Notes under the pieces: generated by a model
The model's database searches: none
Seen by the model: only the letters and a program-made list of their open reading frames with translations
Told to the model about the DNA's origin: nothing
Part shown: piece by piece, positions 14,101 to 24,399 of the stretch
Position numbering within the stretch: the first letter of the stretch is position 1
How the letters are laid out: each line of letters starts with the position of its first letter
DNA from: Lingula anatina
Taxonomy: Eukaryota > Animalia > Brachiopoda
DNA length: 64,000 nt
Reading direction: 5' to 3'
Assembly: GCA_051362555.1 (NCBI GenBank)
Contig: CM120640.1
Location: 71,526,788 to 71,590,787 of the forward strand
Program-made: the position numbers and the translations under genes

Positions 14101-15856
14101 ACCAAGATGTGGCATCCAAATGTTTATGAAGTAAGCTGGGTATAACTTGTTAAAGAATTCTGTAATTTTTCCCATACATTTGTTTTTTGTTGTCACATCT
14201 ATAATAATGTCAGATCTAACATACCAGGCATATCTACAGTGTAGTTGTGTGAGGCAGTGCTATGGATTGCTACATTCTTTTGTTTGTTTTAGAATGGTGA
14301 TGTATGTATTTCCATACTGCATCCTCCTGTCGATGATCCCCACAGTGGTGAGCTGCCTTGTGAGAGATGGAACCCTACACAAAATGTTCGGTAAGGAATT
14401 CTGACCAATGAAAACTGCTAGACAAGTCATTAAAGAAGCTAATAAGTACTAAGGGAGAAGGGGATGACTGGTGTCTTAGGGAGTGCTAGGAGAGAAGGGG
14501 CAACTGCTGTCTTAGACTGCATTCCCACAGATTTTTAGATTGATCTATCCCCATGAGAAGTCTCACTAGATTGCTGTCAGCTTAGCAGGCTCAAATGTCT
14601 GTCCGGCCTACTAAAAGCTATAAGGGGGTAATTAACTTTAGTGCGCTCGACTGAACCCCCAGGGAAATAGGTCGATCCAGATGGATCGATCTAAATCTGT
14701 GGGAACCCAGTCTTAGTGAGTGCTAGGGGAGAAGGGTATGCACTTGTTAATGTGGGGTCAAGGGTCACAGAATGTACTGAGCAGCAAATTCAAAAACAAA
14801 AAATAAACGCTGAATGGAAAACCATCTTGTATGAAAAAAAAAAACTACTCAGGTAGCATTGTTTTCAAATCAGCCAACACCTGTTCTCTCATCAAAAGGT
14901 GTTGTAGAGCAGCAAAGTTAAAGTCATTGCTGTTCATTATGATTATTGATGTTAAGTTCACACCTACAGTGTAAGTCTAGACTTGCAAATGCATCTTGGG
15001 GTGCATTCCCAGAGATTTAGATCGATCCAGAGATTAAGATTTAGATCGACCTGGGGGTTTCACGCTAAATTGCAGTCAGCAGAGTGCGCACCATAGTTAA
15101 TTACCCCCTTACAGCTTTTATTAGGCAGGACAGACCGTTATGCCGGCTAAGCTGACAGTTATCTAGTGAGACTCCCCACAGGGATAGATCGATCTAAAAT
15201 CTATGGGAATGGGGTCTTGATGTTCACAATGCATCAAGTCATATGTGTCTTTTCTTTTTATTTTCAGCACAGTTTTATTGAGCATTATCTCCCTGTTAAA
15301 TGAACCTAACACATTTTCACCAGCCAATGTGGATGCATCAGTTATGTATAGAAAATGGAGAGAATCCAAAGGAAGAGATAAAGAATATGAAAATATAATT
15401 AGGTGGGTGCCACATTTGCTGTTTTATTTAAGCAGCTGGAGTTATTTAAAGACCTTTACAATTAATTTTGTTATGCTTGGATGAACAGAATCATTAGTTT
15501 TAAAAAGATGTCGAGTTTATAATTGGACTATTTGCAACATTTAGCAACATATCAACTGTGGCATTTAAATGCCCTTTCCTGTTGTGAGTGGGTTGAAATC
15601 ATTTGTTTTAAGAATATTTAATCTGTATTTCAGAAAACAAGTTCAAGCTACAAAGCAAGAAGCTGAAAAAGATGGAGTTGTTGTCCCCACCACATTAGAA
15701 GACTACTGTGTATCCACAAATCCCAAACCTTCAGACAGCTCTATGGATGCTGCAGACTTTTATGATGATGACTACGGAGATGATATTGATGACGATGATG
15801 ATGATGACAATGTTTATGAGGAAGATGATGATGATTCTGGAAATGAAATGTCATGA
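11134..15856 (+). CDS. UBE2R2: Ubiquitin-conjugating enzyme E2 R (CDC34/UBE2R2), 5 exons, ~239 aa
   Basis: Exons 11134-11310, 14044-14130, 14293-14390, 15268-15402, 15634-15856 (720 nt). UBC fold with [16 protein letters not shown] active site, CDC34-type acidic loop ([22 protein letters not shown]) and D/E-rich tail. Confidence 0.95.
13161..13852. mobile_element. MITE family A (~690 bp, PIF/Harbinger-like), copy 1
   Basis: TIR (A)GCCCCATTCACAC...GTGTGAATGGGG, internal AATCGCGATT palindromes, highly similar copy at 60137-60828. Confidence 0.85.
14515..14712 (+). mobile_element. MITE family B (~200-215 bp), copy 1
   Basis: TIR GACTGCATTCCCACAGATTT...AAATCTGTGGGAACCCAGTC flanked by TTA/TTA; four copies in window. 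Confidence 0.8.
14998..15218 (-). mobile_element. MITE family B, copy 2 (inverted relative to copy 1)
   Basis: Reverse complement of the internal sequence of 14515-14712. Confidence 0.78.
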
Positions 15857-16746
15857 TGCAAGCTCTTTTCTTCAAATCTGTTCAAAACATCTCCTTCTCC
15901 TGAATCACCTAACTTTAAAAATCACAGAAAATGAATAAAGTATAAGAATGCTATATTTAGAGGATATGTGTAAATTGTGCATTATCACTTGTTAAGTTCA
16001 GGACAAATTGTTGTCATTTAAGTGTCGTATATTTTAGTAGTTGGCTTGTACAGCAAAGGCTGAAATTCACCCATATCCCATTTTCCCCTCATTTTCCAAA
16101 AAGAGTTGAGAAAACTATTCTTATCAATTTTTTTCTTTTTTAGTAAATAAAGTAAAACATGTCATTTTGTGAAATGTCATAGCAGAAACATGTTATGAAA
16201 ACATTTGTCCTGATCTTTATATTTTTACTCAGTTTTAGAAAACATTTGATTTGTTCAACTTAAAAGTGGTTTTATGAATGTGGATTGATTGATCTTATTT
16301 TTCAAATTCAACGTGAAAGTCTTTAATAATTGCTGTAATACTGTGAAGTCATGGGGGTTATTATAGGTATACCATGTAATAGTTAAATAGATATTTAATT
16401 ATCAAATTGCTTTTTATTTCAATATCACGTCCTTTTGTTAATAAAACTATTTAAAAAGATGTTGTAATTTTCAGTTTTCAGGTTACGATAAATGGTTTGC
16501 CCTGACTGAAATGGGAATTATTATTGCAAATTGTTCTTAAAGGCACAATAGCCATCTCATTTTACCAAATTTCAAGCACCGAGAAGAATTAAAGAAACAA
16601 TATATTGTAGGGCTCATCCCCCATGCAACTGAAGTTCTATGCTGATTGATCTAATTCTGTGGAAACTTGCTGAAGGCAATCAAATGAAAATATTTATAAA
16701 CCTCTTTCTGGCATTGAGTAGACAACAGAAAAGCTGGTAATTATAC

Positions 16747-16856
16747 GAGTATGTCAGATTGCATTCAGTGATAGTCCCCTCAGAGTATGTCAGATTGCAT
16801 TCAGTGATAGTCCCCTCAGAGTATGTCAGATTGCATTCAGTGACAGTCCCTTCAGA
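16747..16856. repeat. 36-bp tandem repeat x3
   Basis: GAGTATGTCAGATTGCATTCAGTGATAGTCCCCTCA. Confidence 0.9.
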
Positions 16857-17820
16857 GTTGGATTGATCTTTTTAGAACCATAGTTTTATTGGGAATTGGC
16901 CCTTGGTAAGCCGGAGAGAAATCTAGCAGAAGTGAAAGTTTAGGAGGCTCAGTAGCTGGTACAGGTGTGTTCATTAGGGATTCCTATGTCAAAGGCTACA
17001 GTTTGCACTAATAGGCTTATTTTTGGAGTTTGAAACCTTGTAGGCCAAATCCTTATTCACCTATAAATATCAGACATGGGGCCTTAGTCACTGCACCAAG
17101 TTAAGAAAGCCTGTGTTAAACTGAACACATAAAATTAACCTTTGTTGATTGAGTCTATTTCTTTCTTAAAAGAATTTAATTTTCCAAAAGGTTGTGTTAA
17201 CAATGCATGTCATTCGTAGAATTTGTCCAGCAGGCCACTGATACAGTTATAACCAGCAGACATGGTAGATACAAAGAATCCACTTTTATCACAATCATTT
17301 TTTTATAATCAACATTTTACAACCAATATGGAACATCTTTGGTACATAAAGTCCATCAGTTTGGTAATGAAATGATCAGTTATACATGGGATTATTAAAG
17401 AAACCTGGCACTATAGCATTAGGTCACTGTTCACACTAGAGGGCGACACATGGCAAGATACTCTTTGCACCTCAGTGAACAAACAATTTAGTTCTCAACA
17501 TCCACTTGACACTTGCGCACATACTGGTTCAAAACAACCAAATATTCACAAGGCATGCTTTGATATATAACTTGAAATTCCATCTAATTAAGAAAATTCT
17601 TCCATCTTGGAAGGACACGTGAAAGCACAAGTTACCAATAGGATTGCATGTGTTAATATAACTTGAAATGAGAGCTTCAAAGACAAGTTCTGCACTCTGG
17701 TATCATTTATAGTCGAAATAAATATTTGGAATATGCAATCTGGTGAAAACATGAGTTTTAGAACCTTCAAGCTTTTCTTTTCATTTATTAAAGCAGAGAT
17801 GTAATATAGCGGTCCGAGGG

Positions 17821-17911
17821 CCCTAATGAAAAAGTCCTATAGGAGCCTATAGGAAATTGGCCCAATTTCCTATAGAATTGTATAGGATCTTATAGGCCTT
17901 TTTCGTAAGGG
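17821..17911. repeat. ~90-bp palindromic mini-element/hairpin
   Basis: CCCTAATGAAAAAGTCCTATAG...CTTATAGGCCTTTTTCGTAAGGG with inner CTATAGGAAATTGG-CCAATTTCCTATAG. Confidence 0.65.
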
Positions 17912-18636
17912 AGCAGAACTCTGGTCACATAGTAGAGTGGTCATCTAGGCAGTGACCACCAATAAACTGACACATTCAATTAGGATCAAAGATATTCGTG
18001 TCTGTCTTGAAAAATATCAAGAGTTAAAGCTGTTCCACCACAGCATTCAGATATAGTACTAATAAATTTGGAGATACAATCATTCCAAGTTGATTACCAC
18101 AAACAACTTTACAATTATATTAAAATGCCAATATAAAAAGTATGTTCTATTCAAGTGACGTGATATTAGTGCCATGGATGTTAGAAAACAATCTTCTTAG
18201 AACCTGTAGCTCAATTCTCCCAGTCTGAGTTAAATAACAGAAATGAGGAGTTGATCTCAGCAGGAAATCAGTTGGGTATAGAACTGGGTCTAGATGAATA
18301 AATAATTAACTTAAAATATCTCCATCTTAGCAACATAAAACTGACTGTGATCACAACACTGTTCCTGTCCACAATGCTGTATGGCACTACCAGGAGAGAG
18401 GGGGCCATAGTTGTACCTCTGGTCTCTGGTCAACACTGCCAGGACAGCAGGCTATTTCACCATTTTTCTGGTGTCCCCTGGTCTCTGGTCAACACAACAT
18501 GGCACAGGTGGTGCTGTTCACTCCTTCCCCAGGTGTGGATGTGATCAACATGAACATCACCAGGACTTGGTGCACCTAGAATTCATTATATCTAGGATAC
18601 TGTGGGTGCAGCTCAAATTCCTAGTCCCACACATCA

Positions 18637-21600
18637 CTAAGAATGTGGGGGTGGTTCACGCTCCTTCTTATTGTTATCAGAGTGTTTCAAGTTCTTGTGA
18701 GAGTTCTGCTTTGAGAGCAGGTGCTTGTCCTCTCCATCAGCTATGCTGATGTTTAAGGCATGAGCCTGGCCATCACATGAAGCTTGCTCATCTTTAAGAT
18801 GAAGCTGGTCAGTTAGAGTGGATAATAGCAGTTCCTGGACAAATAAGCTGCGGTCAGCGCGCTCACTCTCGGCTGTCTGCTGCTCCAGCTCAGATAGGGG
18901 GGCCTCCTGGCATCTGGAAACAACAGAAGAATTGTAGTGGTGAGTTTGTACAGATCTGTGTATAGAAATATACTGTAACTGATCAGCATTAAGTGATGGT
19001 GTGACAGGTTCATACTTCACTGATTATACTCCACCCTACCTCACTCTCTCTCCTCCTCACTTCCAAGAATTCAGTATAGCAGTAACAGCCAAGCCTGCTG
19101 AAACTTGACTTAAACAACAGCAATATGATGATCTCAGGACAAGGATGGTTTAAACCACTAGACATAACATAAACAATTCAATAAAAATCCACTGAAACTG
19201 AGGCTGTCTGCTGGTCTTACCTAGCTAAAAGAAACTGGGAATTTGCATTTGCACTTGTGGCGCTGGTGGCACTGGGAAGGTCTATGTTAGCATTCAGCGC
19301 CCCTGACTGGGTCCTGGACGCCAGGGAGTCCGCGGGCCGTCGGTTAGGAAGTCTTTCTAATTGTTGTCTGAAACACAAAAGGTTGAAGATGACGACCATT
19401 ATGGGAAAAATTATAAGCTTAGGCATCACACTGAGGATAACAGAACTGATATTCATCAGACTGAGGATAACAAATTGATTACTCCTCAAAGGATAACTGA
19501 ACTGATAGTCCTCAAAGGATTACTGAACTGAGGAAAACAGAACTGACATTCCTCTCACTGAGGATAACAGGACCGCTATTCCTCAAAGAATAATAGAACT
19601 GATACCCCTCAAAGGATAACAGAACTGATACTCCTCAAAGGATAAGAGAACTGATACCCCTCAAAGGATAACAGAACTGATATTCCTCAAAGGATAAGAG
19701 AACTGATATCCCTCAAAGGATAACAGACCTGATATCCCTCAAAGGATAACAGAACTGATATTCCTCAATAGATAAGAGAACTGATACTCCTCAAAGGATA
19801 ACAGAACTGATATCCCTCAAAGGATAACAGAACTGATATTCCTCAAAGGACAACTGGACATACATATATCTTGTCAGAGAACAAAAGCGGGTTTCATTCA
19901 AAGAATTGGGTATCAATTACAGACTTGGATACTGGACTATTCCGTATTAAAGGCATTCACATTACACCCTGATATGACAAACATTCAATGCTTTCAATAA
20001 CTTTAAATCCATTTATGCCAATTATCCACCTTATTCATCTTTTAAAAGAGAATGCCTGGGGTAAGGGAGAAGCTGGAATGATAACCTTGCTACACATATA
20101 CTTTACCATATCCCATATAAGGGCACATTTAGATTCACACATTGTTCTAGCTGGGTCAGTTCACACAGAACTAGAACATTTGGTGGCACTGCCGTGTTAT
20201 TGATGTACAATCCATAACACACAATCTCCCTGTAGAAGCTGACTCTATAGACTGTGCTGGCACCAGTTAGACCATACTGTATAGACTGTGCTGGCACCAG
20301 TTAGACCATACTGTATAGACTGTGCTGGCACCAGTTAGACCATACCGTATAGACCGTGCTGGCACCAGTTAGACCATACCGTATAGACTGTGCTGGCACC
20401 AGTTAGACCATACTGTATAGACTGTGCTGGCACCAGTTAGACCATACCGTATAGACCGTGCTGGCACCAGTTAGACCATACTGTATAGACCGTGCTGGCA
20501 CCAGTTAGACCATACTGTATAGACCGTGCTGGCACCAGTTAGACCATACTGTATAGACCGTGCTGGCACCAGTTAGACCATACTGTATAGACCGTGCTGG
20601 CACCAGTTAGACCATACTGTATAGACCGTGCTGGCACCAGTTAGACCATACTGTATAGACTGTGCTGGCACCAGTTAGACCATACTGTATAGACCGTGCT
20701 GGCACCAGTTAGACCATACCGTATAGACCGTGCTGGCACCAGTTAGACCATACTGTATAGACTATGCTAACACCAGTTAGACCATACTGTATAGACTGTA
20801 CTAACTCCAGTTAGACCATACTGTATAGACTGTGCTAGCTCCAGTAAGACCATGCTCCATATTTACCGCATTGCCAAAGCCTGCTGCCTTTCATATTGCA
20901 ACTGCCTCTGTAACTCGTGCAACTGCTGCGGCACCCCAGTAATCACTGTCCTACGAGCCCCGGACAGCTGTGACAGTAACTCTGCAAAAACACAAGGTGC
21001 CACACATCAAAACACACCCAACACCCCCTGCCTGGGCAGGTGTCTACAGGGGGGGGCTAGCCCACCTGGACAGGTGTTCAGCTCACCTGGTGGTCTGCAG
21101 CTGCATCTCCAACTGCTGCAGCTGAGAGGAAACACTCTGCGCCGCAGCTGCTCGGCTTCGCACACTTGACAACTGTGAGAGAAGCTCTGAAACAAAAGGC
21201 AAGGACCAAGTTGTTGGCATCACTTGCAGCACAGATGATATGGTCTGACAAGTTTTGCTCTATCTTTGAAATATTTAGCAAAATGATTCCTCTGTGTCTT
21301 GTGTCAGTTTCAGCATATCTGATCTGTAAGTTTTTTTTTGGATTAAGAAAAGAAGAATAGTTGTTCATCTATCAAAATTCTAATTGGCTTAAAGAACCCG
21401 TATAGGACAACATTACATGAAAAACTAGAGAGCAAACAAAAAAGACAACATAGCCAAAATATTAAAAACTGTAAACAATGTTTAATCATTATAGATATTT
21501 CGCTTTTTTTCTTCAATCCACTTCTATTAATTTCCATAAAGTCCAAAAGCACATAATAACCCATTTTTTTTCCAGAAATTCAAAACATAAACTATAATGT

Positions 21601-24046
21601 GTTTCTGCAATACAATACAAATACTTTCTTAGGAGAGATTTCATAAAAGAAATAAGTAGAGGAAGGGAGGCTAGCTCTCTAATATAGAGGGGAAGGGGGG
21701 GGGGCTAACTCTATTATAAAGGGGAGGGAGGGCTACATCTCTAATATTGAGGGGAAGGGGGGGCTAACTCTAGTATAGAGGAAGGGGGGTTTTCTCTTTA
21801 ATATTTAAGGCAGGGGAAGCAAACTATAATATAGAGAGGTCTAGAGGAAACAATGGAAAGAATCAAGAGTCTAAAATGAAACAACCCTTTGTCAAAGAAG
21901 ATGAATCAAGAATATCTACATATCTTACCTGCTATTGGATCCATGGCCTCTCTGCCACTAGGGGTCATCCCAGTCAAGGAGCCAGATGATGATCCAAAAT
22001 GCATATTAGTTCTCCTTGCCCTGGTGCTGCCCACGCCCCTCCCAGGGTGGGCTATTCTACGCACATGCCGTATGCCCGTGGGCTCATCGTAAGGTCCAGT
22101 CAAGGAAAAAGACAAGAGTGGTGGAAAGATGGCTTACAAGAGGGGATGAAATAGTTGTAAAATTCTTATAGCACTGTTCCTATTGTAGCAAAATTTAGAC
22201 CACACCTTGGATAAGAGATTCATTTATCCCTACGGCCTTTAACTACCATATAAGTATTTCTCTACAAATGCCTTTGATATTTCCCAATACAATAACTTGA
22301 AATGCTATAACACATGACTGACACCAGTGGTCCCAAGGATATAAATTCTCTAGGAGCTCTGTGCTCCAGAGTGAGGTGAGCAGCAAAGTCATCAGTGACA
22401 TGGTTTGGGTCACCTCCAGGTAGCGCTGCACACACAGGACAAACCTGTAACATAACATGTCAAAGTCTGAACACTAGCAATTACTGCATAGTTCAGAATA
22501 TACACATTCACTTTCACCATGTAACCAGCATTTATTACAATCCTTTAACTACACTAAATATATGATGACTTTTAAAATTTTTTATCCAACTGCAACTTAG
22601 TTATATTATTTGAATAGATGATCTTAAACCTTTTTCTTTTCAGCCAGTCTTATTTTATTTCTTTCTTTCTTGTTTTTTTTTTTTTTTTTTTTTGAAGCCT
22701 GAATTGGCAATTATATGATTTCTGTTTCCTGTATATATTTATAATATAAATATAAAAAGGCTCAATAAACCTTAATGATTATTTATTTATTTACCATTAT
22801 TATGTAATATCAATCCTATATAAATCTTACCACTTCTGTGGAGACATCTGCATGTTCTGTGGTAACATGTTCTTGGAGGGAGGACTCTGTGAACCCCATC
22901 TTACCACAGTAAGGACAGGTAAAGGACTGAGGAGCCTCTGCACTCAGGGCTTCACCTCCATAGTATAAATCTGGAAAACAACAGGTGTTTTCTACCTTAT
23001 TGTGTTTGATTTTAATTAGAAGATCAAAATTAACATGAACTATTAATAAGCCAGCTAAGCTGACCAATGAACAAACCTGGGGTTGACTGTCTGAACATAT
23101 TGACAGCACTTTACATATACATAGACATCTCAATAGAAAACCTACCAAAATCAGCTCTAGTGAGGATGCACTGCATTGGGTGATCAGTCGTATGCCTGGT
23201 TGTGGTGGCTCCCGACTCATAGCACGCAGCACAAAGATCGTAGTCGTAGCAAATCAAACACTTGTAACGCCGGCCTGTAAAGTTTCCCTTCAAACAAGAA
23301 TCACAGCTAACCCCTAGGGAAATAAATGTACAAATATAACTGACCAACAAAACACTTTTATATTACTTACATAACCATTATAAAGAATATAACATCAAAG
23401 ACATTTGGCCCTGATTCAGCTAATTTTAGTGATCAACAAAGGCTCACCATATTGGGGCATTAGTAAGGTCAGCACCTGTGCTATACTTTATGGGCACATT
23501 TAGGACAAAAAAGCCAAGGTAAGTATTTACTTGGTTCATGTATCATTTTAAGTCTACTCTGTGTGAAAGAGACACAATGTCAGGGATATCAGTGAACTCA
23601 AGGTACTTTCATCTTGGGAGTTCAATCAACCTCTAATATCACCATTACTGCAAAGGAGATAAGGTCCGTCTCAACATCACAACTATTAAAATCAACAACC
23701 AAGTTTCTATCAGTTGCAGATTTTGTAGTAAAACTTTATAGGTTCTTGGTGAAATTAGGAAAAAACTGTCCCTTGAATGCGATGTCATACCCCCCCCCCC
23801 CCCCCTTTACATCCTGCTTGCGTTGTAGTTGGCCACTTGCGTTGTTCCCACTTCATTTAGTAAACGTTCGGACGTCAGACGATGATGCAATCTCAAGAGT
23901 TAGTCTATGTTATGACAGAGTGTAAAACCAACATATAGTTCTCTACATGTAAGGAAACACCCAGGAAATGAACAATGAACGACTCACATGCCGACAGCCA
24001 TTTTTTCCTTCATTTCAAGCAGACACCTACCTTCATGGCGAGACAT
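18637..24046 (-). CDS. KCMF1: E3 ubiquitin ligase KCMF1 (ZZ zinc finger + Di19-type C2H2), ~369/374 aa depending on exon 6 choice
   Basis: Exons (minus): 24031-24046, 23146-23313, 22831-22970, 22343-22444, 21929-22088, [21087-21186 or 20867-20981], 19221-19367, 18637-18913. [85 protein letters not shown]. Confidence 0.95.
19430..19853. repeat. ~26-bp minisatellite, ~16 copies, in a KCMF1 intron near the acceptor
   Basis: GGATAACAGAACTGATATTCCTCAAA. Confidence 0.9.
20243..20853. repeat. 34-bp minisatellite, ~18 copies, starting ~13 nt after the KCMF1 exon 6b donor
   Basis: CTGTATAGACYGTGCTGGCACCAGTTAGACCATA. Confidence 0.95.
20867..20981 (-). CDS. KCMF1: KCMF1 alternative exon 6b (ELLSQLSGARRTVITGVPQQLHELQRQLQYERQQALAMR)
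   Basis: ttgcag acceptor, gtaaat donor, 115 nt, phase 1 to phase 2, open frame. Confidence 0.85.
21087..21186 (-). CDS. KCMF1: KCMF1 alternative exon 6a (ELLSQLSSVRSRAAAAQSVSSQLQQLEMQLQTTR)
   Basis: tttcag acceptor, gtgagc donor, 100 nt, phase 1 to phase 2, open frame, homologous to exon 6b. Confidence 0.85.
22089..22342 (-). other. U12-type (minor spliceosome) AT-AC intron in KCMF1
   Basis: Minus strand 5' end ATATCCTTG, branch site TTCCTTGAC about 10 nt before the terminal AC. Removal joins ...HRAPREF to DEPTGIRHVRR in frame. Confidence 0.92.
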
Positions 24047-24399
24047 TCTAAGGCCTCGACGATATCACAAACCTCTTAAGGCTATCGGATACTCCTTCGT
24101 GTTGATTGAATAACACCATGGATAATAAATATCACGAACCAATCGACATGATTTGCAAAATTAATAAATAATTATTTTCACTTTTCCTCAGTCACTCTGA
24201 ATGATGTCACGCTTGCCAGTCTCGAGCTAACGAGATTAAGAGAAGCAGATATTATCTGAGTACAATATTACATATTTTCAATAAAACAACACTTTTGTAT
24301 GGGCATTTATTGAAAATATGTGAAAAAAGAGAAAATGAGAGCCTTTGCAAATTAGAAATTCTTCCACTGATGCGCAAAATTTGCATTTGCATCTCCAAG
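24047..24399. promoter_or_regulatory. Putative bidirectional promoter KCMF1/QDPR
   Basis: Divergent ATGs 353 bp apart. TGATGTCA CRE-like site (~24202), overlapping ATTTGCAT octamers (~24379-24392), YY1-like CAAGATGGC over the QDPR ATG. Confidence 0.7.

Noticed and set aside
23981-24005. Alternative KCMF1 start ATGGCTGTCGGCAT followed by GTGAGT donor
   Set aside because: Gives phase 2 whereas exon 2 needs phase 1. The AAAATGGC is as easily a YY1-like motif, though a non-productive alternative donor cannot be excluded.
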